Positions 1-12,346 of a stretch of DNA of 64,000 bases are shown one piece after another (positions within the stretch are counted from its first letter, which is position 1; the number at the start of each line of letters is the position of its first letter). Origin of the DNA: Phoronis australis (lineage: Eukaryota; Animalia; Phoronida); NCBI GenBank assembly GCA_002633005.1, contig NMRA01000403.1, positions 186,603 to 250,602 of the forward strand, given 5' to 3'. The translations under genes were made by a program, and so were the position numbers. The notes beneath the pieces were generated by a model. It had not been told where the DNA came from and searched no databases. It was given only the letters and a program-made list of their open reading frames with translations.

Positions 1-514
1 TTACAAACTGTGAACTAAGGGCAATAAATTATCTACGTAAGGTATTGTGTACTCGAGCATAGAATAACAGACACTTATCTTGAGTTCGCCCAAAAGTAGA
101 GTAGAAAATGCCAAACCTAATTTCGAGTTCCACTTCGAGTAAAAAGATTGGGCCCAGGTCTGTGGCGTTATTTATACCGGACCAAAATTAAAAAACAAGA
201 CCTTTGTTTAAATCAGTAGCTACATGATACGTTTTACCAGACGTGCACTGATCACTTGGAACCATTTTTATGGTTAAACCAAGCTGAGGAACTTGAAACC
301 TGATTCACGGCAATTTTTGGCAGTGGGATTTTCTGAAAAATGCTCGTTTGATAGCAATGCACTGCAGTTTTGTAGAAACTCTGTCATAGGTTACAGACGC
401 GTCACAGAGCGTAAATTTGATGAATTCTAGCTTACGATTTCACCTGTTTCGGAGACCGGGTTTCAACCACTTTTGGGCTATAATATGCGCCCCCCTTCCT
501 AAAGCGGATTTTTC

Positions 515-550
515 TAAGCGCCCTGGCCACTTATTAGGGCGAATACGGTA
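515..550 (-). repeat. Probable TIR end of a Tc1/mariner/pogo-type non-autonomous element
   Basis: Reverse complement reads TA|CCGTATTCGCCCTAATAAG..., a CCGTA-type terminus on a TA site. The partner TIR was not identified. Confidence 0.3.
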
Positions 551-1277
551 ATATTTCAGAAGGGCAATACTTAGTACCCTTTATGCACGGGGACACTTTT
601 GTTACATTAGGAGTGGGATTGGTTCATTATGTACCCTACAGGTGGCATAAGACTTTACAAAACTGGTTGAAGAATTTTGTTTTCGTCATAATCGTTTGTT
701 TGAAACGCTTAAGTTTGGAAATGTTAGGACTTAAGGCGGAAATTTAAAAGCCATTTTCCAGCTTACAAAAATTTAACATTGAAGAATAAAAACAACCTTC
801 ATACCGCTCTGGTGTAATTTCCTGTTCCATGTTTTCAAAGAAGTTGGTTGCATTTTCATAGACTGCAGTCGAGAGATTTTGAGACTGAGGTACATATTCG
901 ACATGAAATGAGTGTGTAACCTGCTGATGAATTGCAAGATAGATTTTGACTGGTCAGGTGGTTGTTTCTGAAGTATTAATGTAATCTTTATTTATGTTAA
1001 AGGTTTTACCAGCGTTCCATTTATTTGAACACGGAATCCGATGTGAATTTGTTGAAATCGCTGATCCAAATCCTGCTGAGACCAACCATTTGATCAGGGC
1101 CAGCGAAGAGTAATTTGGTTAATTCGCTCACTAGACTATGGCTGAAGTTCCTCGTAAGGACAGGAGTTCATGAGTCACAACCTTTGGAAGAAATTTAGCG
1201 GACAATTTTCGTCAAAAAATTTACCAGATAGTTTTCATCAAAACGGAGACAACAAAAATGGATTTGTGAAGACAGGA

Positions 1278-1502
1278 TTAAGTAGCAGGCCTACCAGAGC
1301 CTCTTAAAAAACATTCATCTTCAAAGTGCCTTTCAGAACAAATGTATAAAGTCTTATTGCTGAAACAACTACCATTCACGTTGACACAAGAAATAGGCTT
1401 TTCTTCCCACAGCCGATTATGAGGTCTTCGGATGGTATGGAAGCTAATTCCTTTGCATTTCGCCTGTGTGGCCGAACAACAGGCCACACAGAAGCCGACC
1501 AT
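1278..1502 (-). pseudogene. Degenerate THAP zinc-finger domain (P-element/Harbinger-type transposon relic)
   Basis: ORF MVGFCVACCS...ISFH...W...LYICSERHFEDECF matches the THAP C2CH signature (N-terminal Cys pair, FH, W, CSxHF). A CATAGAC terminus (RC of 1646-1652) lies ~150 bp upstream, like P-type ends. Confidence 0.65.
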
Positions 1503-2410
1503 GATTAGCAGATGACGTACTTGCCGGAAATTGCACCAGAAAATTTAGCCAGGTGTCGCCAGTGAATAATGACGTAAGGGCTTATGCGTAAGATCACAGA
1601 TTTCGTCCATTGAAAGTATACGGAGTTGACGGTACATGTACTATAGTCTATGGTTACCTGCACATTTTCTAAAATTTTTCAAAAATACTGTTCTCCCCAC
1701 AGACGTCAGCTTTTGATCGTCCCCAATGCACTATATAAAAAGGACATGGGGGGGCCCAGGGGGCCCGGGCCCCTCCCCCCCGCTCTTGGCTGCCGCAAAA
1801 AAAAACAGCAAGAGCGTAGGGAAATGTTGAGTTTATTAATTAACCCCGGTAATTAAAATTATACGGATGAAACAAGATTTAAATGTGTGCAGTTTTAGTG
1901 TTTGGGGGGAGTGGGGGGCTCAGATCCAATTTGAAGTGTCAAATTCGGAACACGGCGCATTCGTAACGGAACTATGGCTAAGTATAAGCTCTCCCGCCAT
2001 ATCCCAGGCGACCGGCAGTGTCGCTGCGCACTACAACTCCGATTTCGTCGTCTGCTCCACTGTGCATTGAAGAAAATTTACTTCATTTTTTAACGAAAAT
2101 GGAACCTGAGTGACGATGAAAAAACAGAAACTGCTGGTAAGATGTCAATTTTAATCGTGAATTGGTGAATCACTCAGAAACTCATAATTCTCTCTTTGTC
2201 AAACCTTAACTTAAGATGATTTCCAAAGCAATCCCGTAATTATTGCCAACACCAAAAATGGATTTGGTCTTTTAGGCACTTGAAGACTGTTTTAAAATGA
2301 CGAATTTGTTAAGAACCGATTGCACAAAATATAAATCGTGTAATAAGCATAACAAAAAGAAGTAGGTTTCGCGCGCAAACGCTGTGGACCATAAACAAGT
2401 AGGTCTTGTA

Positions 2411-2485
2411 GCACTCGTGGTGGTGTAGTGGTTAAGCACGCGCTCTAACCGTCGAGTCGTGATTTCGAGTCTGTGGTACACACGG
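2411..2485 (+). repeat. tRNA-derived SINE head or tRNA-like relic
   Basis: A-box-like TGGTGTAGTGG and B-box-like TTTCGAGTC are present, but no complete cloverleaf can be folded by eye. Confidence 0.3.
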
Positions 2486-2852
2486 TTTTTCCTGTTTAAC
2501 ACATTCTCCATGTTTTTTTTTTGCCGTTTTTCTTGGATAATACTTCAGGAATCAAGGAAGATGCTTGATTTTTAAAGGAAAAAACAGAAAAATTTCCTGG
2601 GCGGGAGGGGGGGGCAAACCCTCCTCCTGACCTATGCGCATCTACAATCATGGTTTGCGTAAATACTTACAGCCGTACAAAATGTTGGGCCCCCCCTTGT
2701 GATATCCTAGATCCACCACTGAAGTAGTACACTTCGTACTCTAATTCCACGGGTGCTTCACTTTAGCCGTCCATCCATTGCACTGGCAAACACAAAACTC
2801 TAATTTACACAAAATAGGGGTTCGGCAAACCATGAAGAATTGTTCTTTCTTC

Positions 2853-3468
2853 TGTGATGGGAGCGCCGTCTATTGGTGGACCCGTGAGTGAGGACGAGTC
2901 GTCAGTTTAGTTTCAGAAGCTAGAGTGTGTTATTATATTTTAAAGGGGTGTAAGATGGTCAATTCCTTATATGGAACTTCTGATGACGAAATTTTTAGTT
3001 CTATTCTGATTGGTTTTCACATTTATCTTGAGACCCCTATTTTAGCGTAATTTGGAACATTCGCGGTGCGAATAAGCCTATAAAAATGGGCCCCTCACGC
3101 TAAAACTGGGGATTCTGCCGGGTCTCGACTCTATCCGCAAGGAATCTCAGCCAAGCAAACTAACTGTTTGGGCCTCCTAAAACTGGACTTTGACGTTTTT
3201 AGCGATTTCTTCTTGTTTATAAATTCTTTGTGTTAAAAGTTAAAGCTGCGATGTCGACGGAAGTTAGCGATGAGTTGTAAGTTTGTAGATTGGTGTTTCA
3301 TATATATCGCATAATAAAATTCAGTATATTTATCTACTTCTCTCTTGTTTCACTCTTTATAAGTTGTCACCATGGTTCTCTCGTATGCGATTCGAACGAG
3401 TGAAAAAGTACACAACGCTGCAAATATTTTTATCGGCTACGAACAGTCGACATTTTAGAAGCTAGGTA
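2853..3468 (+). mobile_element. Gypsy LTR (copy 1), 3' end interrupted
   Basis: Starts TGTGATGGGAG and is collinear with the LTR at 12347-13002 (TATA-like TATAAAA, AATAAA). Similarity stops at a TA at 3467-3468. Confidence 0.85.
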
Positions 3469-3576
3469 CAGTCAAGACTTGACTCAAGTGACCTAATTTT
3501 CGGACGTTTTGGCACGTTTTGCATTATATTTAATTGAAAATACTACGGATTGTTGTAAATTCTTTGCTGAAATAAA
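3469..3576. mobile_element. Start of a Tc1/mariner-like insertion into the LTR (truncated by contig join n3577)
   Basis: Unrelated sequence beginning CAGTC directly after a TA inside the LTR. Confidence 0.45.
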
Positions 3577-3975
3577 NTCTTCTTCTACTAACATTCTACC
3601 AGAACTTTACTGTCTTTAATCTTATGTTCGCATCCTAGTATCAGGAACGGAACTGAAACCTTTTCTTGTCTCGACCAAGACGCCGGATTATGACTGGCCA
3701 CGGTCCTATCACTCACCGATATTTACGGGCACCATCGATCGTGGAAGCCGTTCTATCGTTCTACTTTTTGCTTACCTCTTAATTAACACCAGCTGTTTTC
3801 TTTAGGGTTATATCCTTCATTTTTTCGAGTATTCCGTGGGTACGTTGAGTTTCTGTAGCTTGTTCGGTAATTCATTGGTCGGTAGATTCCGCACGATTCC
3901 GATTCTCGTTTTCAGTCCAGTATTTTTCTTGGCGATCACGCACTTAATAGCTAGGAAGTTTTAGTAATTTGATCC

Positions 3976-5001
3976 ATGTTTGTTCGAGCGGTAACTTACT
4001 CTGATTATTTCCTCTGGTTACTTGTGGTCCTTGGTTGTCTTGTTTTGATTTACGCAATGGCCAATTTCGTGGAAAGGGTTACGCAGTATTTAACTCCTGT
4101 CAGGAGATCTGCTCAATTAAATTCCGTCACTTCAGTACTCTCACCCATCGAGGATCCTGCGACCCCCAACACTCCTGACCACCGCAACGTAAATGCTACA
4201 ATGACAGGGAACATTAATCATTCCCCGAACAACCCCTTTCTAACGCCCAGTGACCGCCCGAGAATGTCTGTTGATGAATTACGTCCGGCAGCTGGACATA
4301 CTCTTCTGCCCAATGTTGTCAAAAGAAAAGAAAAACAACCGCCTATGTTTGATTCAAAAACCACCGAGTGGGTTGATTTTATTAAACAATTTGAAATTGT
4401 TTCGGGTTGGAACAATTGGACTCCCGCGGAGATGGCGATTCAGTTGTGTACGTGTCTGAAGGGACCGGCACTCAGAGTCTTGTCAGAGATTGCAGAGGAT
4501 GAATTGGTTGATTATCATTCCCTCAGAACTCTTTTAGAACAAAGGTTCAATCCCCCTGAGCGGACACTTGCCTATAGGTGTGAGTTCCGAACGCGCAAAC
4601 GCGCCAAAGGCGAAAGCGCGGCAGATTTCGGCTACGCCCTAAGGCGAATGGCCGCCAAAGCGTATCCAGAACTTGACAATTTTTCGAGGGAAACATTAAT
4701 TATTGACCAGTTTATCTCGGGCTTGGGTGATCAGTCTTTAAAACGTCACGTTCAGTTTAACCATCCCACTACTGCGGACTCCGCAATAGCTTTAACGGTG
4801 GAGTTCGAGGCGTTTGAGGGTTCTCAAACGTTGAGAAAACCTTCTGACGGGGACCGCGTCATGACCATTGGGGCCGGAGGGCAAAATGCTCAATTTAATA
4901 GAATGGAGAAAGAGATCAGAGACTTGCGTGCCGAGCTAGGGCGCTTACGTAAGAAGGAATTAACTTGCTTTTCTTGTGGTGAAACCGGCCACGTAAGCTG
5001 A
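3976..5001 (+). pseudogene. gag: Ty3/Gypsy gag (copy 1) with a premature stop inside the CCHC knuckle
   Basis: W.DF..QFE.V...N.W, LKG.A and capsid-like motifs. It ends CFSCGETGHVS*, a CGA>TGA change relative to copy 2. Confidence 0.9.
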
Positions 5002-5003
5002 GA

Positions 5004-5241
5004 GTGTCGAGCGCAACGGCAACAGGTGGCTCAAGTCAAACAGCCAGCGGGGTCGTCAAACTAGTGTCGACTGAATCCGAGACCGGGGGTTCAGTCGAGA
5101 ACTATGCTGACTCATTAGCAGGTTGTCTGTTTGTGAATGTAAATATTTACCGTAGGGAGTTTGAGGCATTGTATGATGGTGGGTCGGCGCGGACTATTAT
5201 TTCTAGATCTGTGTTCGACCAGTTGAATGATTTGGGTTCGC
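5004..5241 (+). pseudogene. pol: Start of Gypsy pol (aspartic protease), truncated
   Basis: ALYDGGSARTII protease motif. Similarity to copy 2 ends abruptly at 5241. Confidence 0.8.
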
Positions 5242-5570
5242 AACAGTGATTAATGGCAAATTTGGCAAAACTGGTCAGTTTTTGGCAATCTTCGTCTTTC
5301 TCATAAACCGAGCCCACAAAGAACTCCAGAGATGCGTCAAGAACAATGACTTCAGTGGCTATATCAACATTTTCCCGACTACGCAAGATGTATTCTTTGC
5401 CCTGAACCGCCCAAACTACGCCAGATGGGGAACATTGTTTTACCAAAAGTTGAAATTGGCAAACCCAATATTACGTGAAGCGATGGAAAACGGTGCGTTC
5501 TCAGTGCTACGTACGAGGAAGAACTTCAATAGATCAGCTGTTGACCTCTCTTTGAAACAGTCTGTATTTT
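5242..5570 (+). mobile_element. Academ(X)-like DNA transposase fragment fused to the truncated Gypsy
   Basis: Translation FFALNRPNYARW...GAFSVLRTRKNFNRSAVDLSLKQ resembles the FFxxxxxNYARW / FSVxRT / DxxLEQ blocks of Academ transposases (family assigned from recalled motifs). Confidence 0.55.
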
Positions 5571-6309
5571 TTATGTTCGATATGGTGTTCTCCAAAAAGG
5601 CTGAAAACACCTCTGCGGCACGTGATATTGGGTACGTATGGTTGTGTTAGATTTCGTGTAAACTATCAAAGCTGTAACGTAGATAAAAAATTCTGTTCAT
5701 GTTGCGAATATGTTATTCACAACTGATTCGTGGGTATAACGAGTCTTATAAATTTTTCATTTTAGTTAGATTGACAATTATTTCACAGATATGGGGGCAA
5801 TGGAACTGTTCGCTTTTTGTCTTCATAGTGAATATAAAACACGTTTGAATTCATTATTCATAGATGTTGTATATGGTGCTCAGCCACCGTGGCGACGGAC
5901 CCGGGCATCCACATTGGGGAAGGGGGTATCCAACCACTATGTATAATATTTTTGGAAATAGTGACTGAATTGCAGTTGAATCAAATAAAGAATCTAGTTT
6001 ATGCTTCACCTTTTTTTACTTTTATTATAAATAATACAGGCCCATAGTCAGTAGGGGGGGAGGGTTCGGGGGGTTCGATCGAACCNTTGTAGATCTGTGT
6101 TTCATATATATCGCATAATAAAATTCAGTATATTTATCTACTTCTCTCTTGTTTCACTCCCTATAAGTTGTCACCATGGTTCTCTCGTATGCGATTCGAA
6201 CGAGTGAAAAAGTACACAACGCTGCAAATATTTTTATCGGCTACGAACAGTCGACATTTTAGAAACTAAATAGATCGGTGCTGGTCGCTCCACCGATTCC
6301 CGTTACATT

Positions 6310-6327
6310 TGGTGCCGTGGCCCGGAT
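6310..6327 (+). promoter_or_regulatory. Primer-binding site complementary to tRNA-His
   Basis: TGGTGCCGTGGCCCGGAT lies 2 nt after the LTR end. It matches 16/18 of the eukaryotic tRNA-His 3' complement TGGTGCCGTGACTCGGAT. Confidence 0.8.
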
Positions 6328-6746
6328 GAACCTGTGGTGATAACTTTTTCTTCTTCTACTAACATTCTACCAGAACTTTACTGTCTTTAATCTTATGTTC
6401 GCATCCTAGTATCAGGAACGGAACAGAAACCTTTTCTTGTCTCGACCAAGACGCCGGATTATGACTGGCCACGGTCCTATCACTCACCGATATTTACGGG
6501 CACCATCGATCGTGGAAGCCGTTCTATCGTTCTACTTTGTGCTTACCTCTTAATTAACACCAGCTGTTTTCTTTAGGGTTATATCCTTCATTTTTTCGGG
6601 TATTCCGTGGGTACGTTGAGTTTCTGTAGCTTGTTCGGTAATTCATTGGTCGGTAGATTCCGCACGATTCCGGTTCTCGTTTTCAGTCCAGTATTTTTCT
6701 TGGCGATCACGCACTTAATAGCTAGGAAGTTTTAGTAATTTGGTCC

Positions 6747-7835
6747 ATGTTTGTTCGAGCGGTAACTTACTCTGATTATTTCCTCTGGTTATTTGTGGTC
6801 CTTGGTTGTCTTGTTTTGATTTACGCAATGGCCAATTTCATGGAAAGGGTTACGCAGTATTTAACTCCTGTCAGGAGATCTGCTCAATTAAATTCCGACA
6901 CTTCAGTACTCTCACCCATCGAGGATCCTGCGACCCCCAACACTCCTGACCACCGCAACGTAAATGCTACAATGACAGGGAACATTAATCATTCCCCGAA
7001 CAACCCCTTTCTAACGCCCAGTGACCGCCCGAGAATGTCTGTTGATGAATTACGTCCGGCAGCTGGACATACTCTTCTGCCCAATGTTGTCAAAAGAAAA
7101 GAAAAACATCCGCCTATGTTTGATTCAAAAACCACCGAGTGGGTTGATTTTATTAAACAATTTGAAATTGTTTCGGGTTGGAACAATTGGACTCCCGCCG
7201 AAATGGCGATTCAGCTGTGTACGTGTCTGAAGGGACCGGCACTCAGAGTCTTGTCAGAGATCGCAGAGGATGAATTGGTTGATTATCATTCTCTCAGAAA
7301 TCTTTTAGAACAAAGGTTCAATCCCCCTGAGCGGACACCTGCCTATAGGTGTGAGTTCCGCACGCGCAAACGCGCCAAAGGCGAAAGCGCGGCAGATTTC
7401 TGGTACGCCCTAAGGCGAATGGCCGCAAAAGCGTATCCCGAACTTGACAATATTTCGAGGGAAACATTAATTATTGACCAGTTTATCTCGGGCTTGGGTG
7501 ATCAGTCTTTAAAACGTCACGTTCAGTTTAACCATCCCACTACTGCGGACTCCGCCATAGCTTTAGCGGTGGAGTTCGAGGCGTTTGAGGGTTCTCAAAC
7601 GTTGAGAAAACCTTCTGACGGGGACCGCGTCATGACCATTGGGGCCGGAGGGCAAAATGCTCAATTTAATAGAATGGAGAAAGAGATCAGAGACTTGCGT
7701 GCCGAGCTAGGGCGCTTTCGTAAGAAGGAATTGACTTGCTTTTCTTGTGGTGAAACCGGCCACGTAAGCCGAGAGTGTCGAGTGCAACGGCAACAGGTGG
7801 CTCAAGTCAAACAGCCAGTGGGGTCGTCAAACTAG
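6747..7835 (+). CDS. gag: Intact Gypsy gag, 362 aa, with CCHC zinc knuckle
   Basis: CFSCGETGHVSREC knuckle. The ORF ends at ...TCAAACTAG, overlapping pol in the -1 frame. Confidence 0.9.
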   Translation: MFVRAVTYSDYFLWLFVVLGCLVLIYAMANFMERVTQYLTPVRRSAQLNSDTSVLSPIEDPATPNTPDHRNVNATMTGNINHSPNNPFLTPSDRPRMSVDELRPAAGHTLLPNVVKRKEKHPPMFDSKTTEWVDFIKQFEIVSGWNNWTPAEMAIQLCTCLKGPALRVLSEIAEDELVDYHSLRNLLEQRFNPPERTPAYRCEFRTRKRAKGESAADFWYALRRMAAKAYPELDNISRETLIIDQFISGLGDQSLKRHVQFNHPTTADSAIALAVEFEAFEGSQTLRKPSDGDRVMTIGAGGQNAQFNRMEKEIRDLRAELGRFRKKELTCFSCGETGHVSRECRVQRQQVAQVKQPVGSSN

Positions 7836-10800
7836 TTTCGACTGAACCCGAAACCGGGGGTTCAGTCGGGAACTATGCTGACTCATTAGCAGGTTGTCTG
7901 TTTGTGAACGTAAGTATTTACCGCAGGGAGTTTGAAGCATTGTATGATGGTGGGTCGGCACGGACTATTATTTCTGTTCGACCAGTTGAATGATTTGGGT
8001 TCGCGAGATTTGCGCCCCATTTCCGTAAGCGGTAACTTGATCAGAGGTTATGGAGAGATAGAAATTAGTTTTAGTATTGGAGGTTTATATTTTAGTCAGG
8101 TAGTAGTTGTTACTGAGATTGATTTTCCAGTTATTCTGGGTTTGGATTTTATGAAGCGTAATTGTTGTACGCTTTCTAATTTTCCAAACAAAGATATTTT
8201 GACGGTTCGGAGGCGAGAGTTTCCTCTACACCACAGAAATGTGCATTTTAGTGGAGTGGTAATACCGAGAGTTGTATGTGCTGAGAAAATACCCTCGGTA
8301 GGCTTAGTGAATTCAGATTCTGTTCCGGCAGGGCGTGGCGAAGGGGTGGTGCCTCCTCATTTGGTATCATTGATCGTGAACGCAATAGAGGGGCTCAACC
8401 CTGAGCAGGCTGCCAAGGTTAGAGCATTGACTTTGAATTATGTTGACGTTTTTGAGGGACCAAATGGAGAGTTGGGTCTCACTGATAGAGTCCAACATAA
8501 AATCCATACGGGGGACAGCCATCCCATCAAACAAACACCGAGACGTATTCCTCTCGCACAACGTGAAATTGTGGATCAGGAGATTGAGAAAATGATTTCT
8601 GCAGGTATCATTGAGCCTAGCGACAGCCCTTGGGCGTCTAATATTTGTTTGGTTCCTAAAAAGACGGATAGTTCAGGTGAGAAAAGTTGGAGAGTTTGTA
8701 TTGATTTTAGAGCGTTGAATTCCGTTACAACCAAAGATGCACTGCATTTCCGCTCCCGAGAATAGATTCGTGTTTAGATCAGTTGGGTGGTAATTCGTTT
8801 TTTTCGTCGCTTGACTTGGCTAGTGGTTACTGGCAAGTTCCCATGGCGGAAGAGGACAAAGAGAAAACTGCATTTTACGCACCTGGTCGTGGTTTGTGGG
8901 CATTCAAGGTCTTACCATTTGGTCTTTGTAATGCAGTCGGCTCGTTTGCGCGACTGATGGAGAATGTTTTAGAGGGTTTATTATGGAATAAGTGTTTAGT
9001 GTACATAGACGACGTCTTGTGTTATGCTAAAACATTTGATGGCGCGTTATCCGATTTAGAACAAGTTTTCATTCGTTTACGTAACGCTGGTTTGAGGCTG
9101 AAGCCTAGAAAGTGCACACTGTTTAAACGCAAAGTTAACTTTTTAGGGCATGTACTGTAGTTACGACAGATGGTATAGCTTGTGACCCCGCGAAAGTTGA
9201 GGCGGTCTCGTCCGATAGGTGTCACCAATGTACGGAGTTTTCTTGGGTTTGCCTCGTACTATATATAGAAAGTTCATTCCCGACTTTTCTACGATCGCTG
9301 CTCCGTTGACGGCACTGACGAGGAAAAATCGTAAATTCGTATGGGATGACTCGTGTGAGGAGACTTTTAATAGGCTGAAGGATGCGTTGACTGATCACCC
9401 TATTTTGTCATTTCCCGACCGTGACGGTGGTGAGTTCATTTTAGACACGGACGCGAGTGCCTTTGGCATCTCGGGTGTTTTGTCTCAGGTACAGAATGGT
9501 GAGGAGAAAGTTCTAGCGTATGCCAGCAAAATTTTGTCTAAATCTCAGCAGGGGTATTGTACTACCTATCGTGAATTATTGGCCGTGGTGACGTTTGTAA
9601 AACATTTTCGTCATTATTTGTGGGGTAGGAAATTTACAGTGAGATCTGATCATAGTTCTTTAAGGTGGCTAAGAAACTTTAAGGAACCTACTGATATGGT
9701 AGCTAGATGGATTGCTATTTTGGACACTTATGATTTTGAAATCAAACATCCTAAGGGGAGTGTTCACGGGAACGCTGATGGTCTTTCTAGGAAACCCCGG
9801 CGACGTTGTCAGCGTGAAGATTGCCAACAATGCGCAAATTGTTGTTTTGTAGCGGCAGCTGTGCCGAAATGCGGGAAACGTAAGGTTAGTAGTGAATCCT
9901 GTGACTCTAGAGTTTGGTTGCCAACTTGGAGTTCAGAGGAGCTGCGCAAGTTTCAACTCGATAATTCGGTCATTGGTCCCGTTGTTTTAAGAAAAGAGGC
10001 TTCGGTAGAAAAACCCTGTTTTGATGAAATCGGTGGTTATGATAGATTAACCAAACGTTTAGTGAGTGAATGGAATTTGCTTGAGTTTAGAGATTGTGTT
10101 TTATATCGACGATGGGTCGATAGTGATGGTCTTGGAGATTAACTAGTGGTAGTGGTTCCGCAAGTTCTGCGAAGTGAAATTATGAAGGCTTTGCATGACA
10201 GTCGTACGGCAGGTCATCTTGGTAGGGAGAGAACTTTAAAAGCTGTGAGAACACGATTTTACTGGCCAGGGTTATTAGGAGATGTCACTTGGTGGTGTCG
10301 CAAGTGCGACATGTGTGCACGTCGGAAACCAGGTCCAGGACGGGGTCGTGCCCCTCTCAAGCCCAGTAAAGTAGGCGCTCCCTTTCAACGTATTGCGATT
10401 GACATCATGGGCCCTCTCACTGAAACAGAAAATGGTAATAAGTACATTATGGTTGTTGGTGATTATTTTAGTAAATGGGTTGAAGCCTATAGTACTACCT
10501 AATCACACAGCTTATACTGTTGCAGATACTCTGATGACTCAGTTCATTAGTTGGTGTTCCTAAATTTTTGCATTCTGACCAGGGTAAAGAATTTGAGAGT
10601 GAGCTTATGGCCGAACTTTGTAAACTTTTACGGATCAGTAAAACGCGAACTACAACCTATCGTCCGCAGAGTGACGGTATGATTGAGCGTTTTAATCGAA
10701 CTGTTCAGCAGATGCTGGCTATGTTTGTGAATGATAGTCATGAGGATTGGGATGATCATTTACCATATGTCATGATGGCTTACCGATCTACAGTTCATGA

Positions 10801-11256
10801 TAGCACAGGCTGTACTCCATATAAGTTGATTTTTGGTCGCGAGGTGTCGCTTCCTATTGATATTATGGTTGGTCTGTGGAGGCGGATTCGGACTCCTCTC
10901 CTTCATGCTTGGTTGAATATGTTGAGTGGCTGAGGTCGTCTGTCCACAACTCTTTCGAATTTGCTAGAGAGAACCTACAAAACAGTTCTAGGCGCCAGAA
11001 AACGTATTACGACGCTAAAACAGTTTTGAATAAATTTGAGGAGGGTAGTTTTGTTTATAGGTGGTACCCACCCACTGCTCAACAGAAATTGGGATTGGGT
11101 CGGCGGGGTCCCTATTTGGTTGTTGCAAAGTTAAGTGACTACATTTACAGAATTCAGGAAGGACCTGGCGCTCGTGCAATTGTGGTACACGTAGACCATT
11201 TAAAGGCCTGTTCACAGGAGGGCTTGGTTCCCTGGCATAACGCAAAGTTGTCGTGA
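7775..11256 (+). pseudogene. pol: Gypsy pol (PR, RT, RNase H, integrase) broken by several frameshifts and stops
   Basis: ILGLDF, RVCIDFRALN, SSLDLASGYWQ, LPFGLCNA, YIDD, LDTDAS, ELLAV, HDSRTAGH..CRKC, IAIDIMGP, HSDQG, DGMIERFNR and GPY are spread over 7-8 ORF pieces. Confidence 0.93.
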
Positions 11257-11543
11257 GGACTCGATTGGGACCTCAGGGGTCTCACGCTCCACCGGCTAAA
11301 TTGAAAAGGCTTTGTCCAGTCACGCGTTGTGGGTAATAAATCGAGATAATGATACCAACAGCCGACGCGACAAGCAGAACTACTTTCTTTTACTTCATTT
11401 GTGCACTAACTGGAGAAATTTAGAATTAGACTTTTAAACACTATCCGATCTTCAACTTTTTTCGGGAGACTTAAATCTCAGTGTAGTTTGCGCAAAGACG
11501 ATGTGCAATTTTTGGAGGTGTATTGACGATGATCAACGTTAAA

Positions 11544-11945
11544 NNNNNNNNNNNNNNNNNNNNNNNNNNNNNNNNNNNNNNNNNNNNNNNNNNNNNNNNN
11601 NNNNNNNNNNNNNNNNNNNNNNNNNNNNNNNNNNNNNNNNNNNNNNNNNNNNNNNNNNNNNNNNNNNNNNNNNNNNNNNNNNNNNNNNNNNNNNNNNNNN
11701 NNNNNNNNNNNNNNNNNNNNNNNNNNNNNNNNNNNNNNNNNNNNNNNNNNNNNNNNNNNNNNNNNNNNNNNNNNNNNNNNNNNNNNNNNNNNNNNNNNNN
11801 NNNNNNNNNNNNNNNNNNNNNNNNNNNNNNNNNNNNNNNNNNNNNNNNNNNNNNNNNNNNNNNNNNNNNNNNNNNNNNNNNNNNNNNNNNNNNNNNNNNN
11901 NNNNNNNNNNNNNNNNNNNNNNNNNNNNNNNNNNNNNNNNNNNNN
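11544..11945. other. Assembly gap
   Basis: Run of N. Confidence 1.
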
Positions 11946-12346
11946 CAGTGTTCATGATTTCACCTGGATTAAGTTCGGTAACCTACGGCTCTAATCTCCG
12001 ACAACTGGGCTGTGCTGCTAAAAAGAAAGTTAACTAATAACATATTTGAACATAAAACCAATAGCATTTCTGAATTTCTTGTCAAATGCTGATCATATTT
12101 AGTTTTTGAATCACCAAAGTCTCCCAACTACAACCGAGATTAAGACAGTTCATTCCGCCAGGTTTCAGTTAACCCTTTGAAGCCTGGGAGATAATTGGCC
12201 TTCCTGTTGTCGTACGGGACAAAAGACTGTGGTAGGCAGTTCCCAAGGAAACACGTTCAAAACCCCTCACGTCTGCAATAGTTCAATAGTGCTGAACGAC
12301 AGTACGTCGTCATGCACTTGCCCGGTGTTCAGCTCCCCGTTACAAG

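Larger units (their letters stand above)
6087..11256 (+). mobile_element. Ty3/Gypsy LTR retrotransposon (copy 2): partial 5' LTR, PBS, gag, decayed pol
   Basis: LTR 3' part 6087-6307 ending TCCCGTTACA, then PBS, gag and the PR-RT-RH-IN order diagnostic of Gypsy. Confidence 0.95.
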
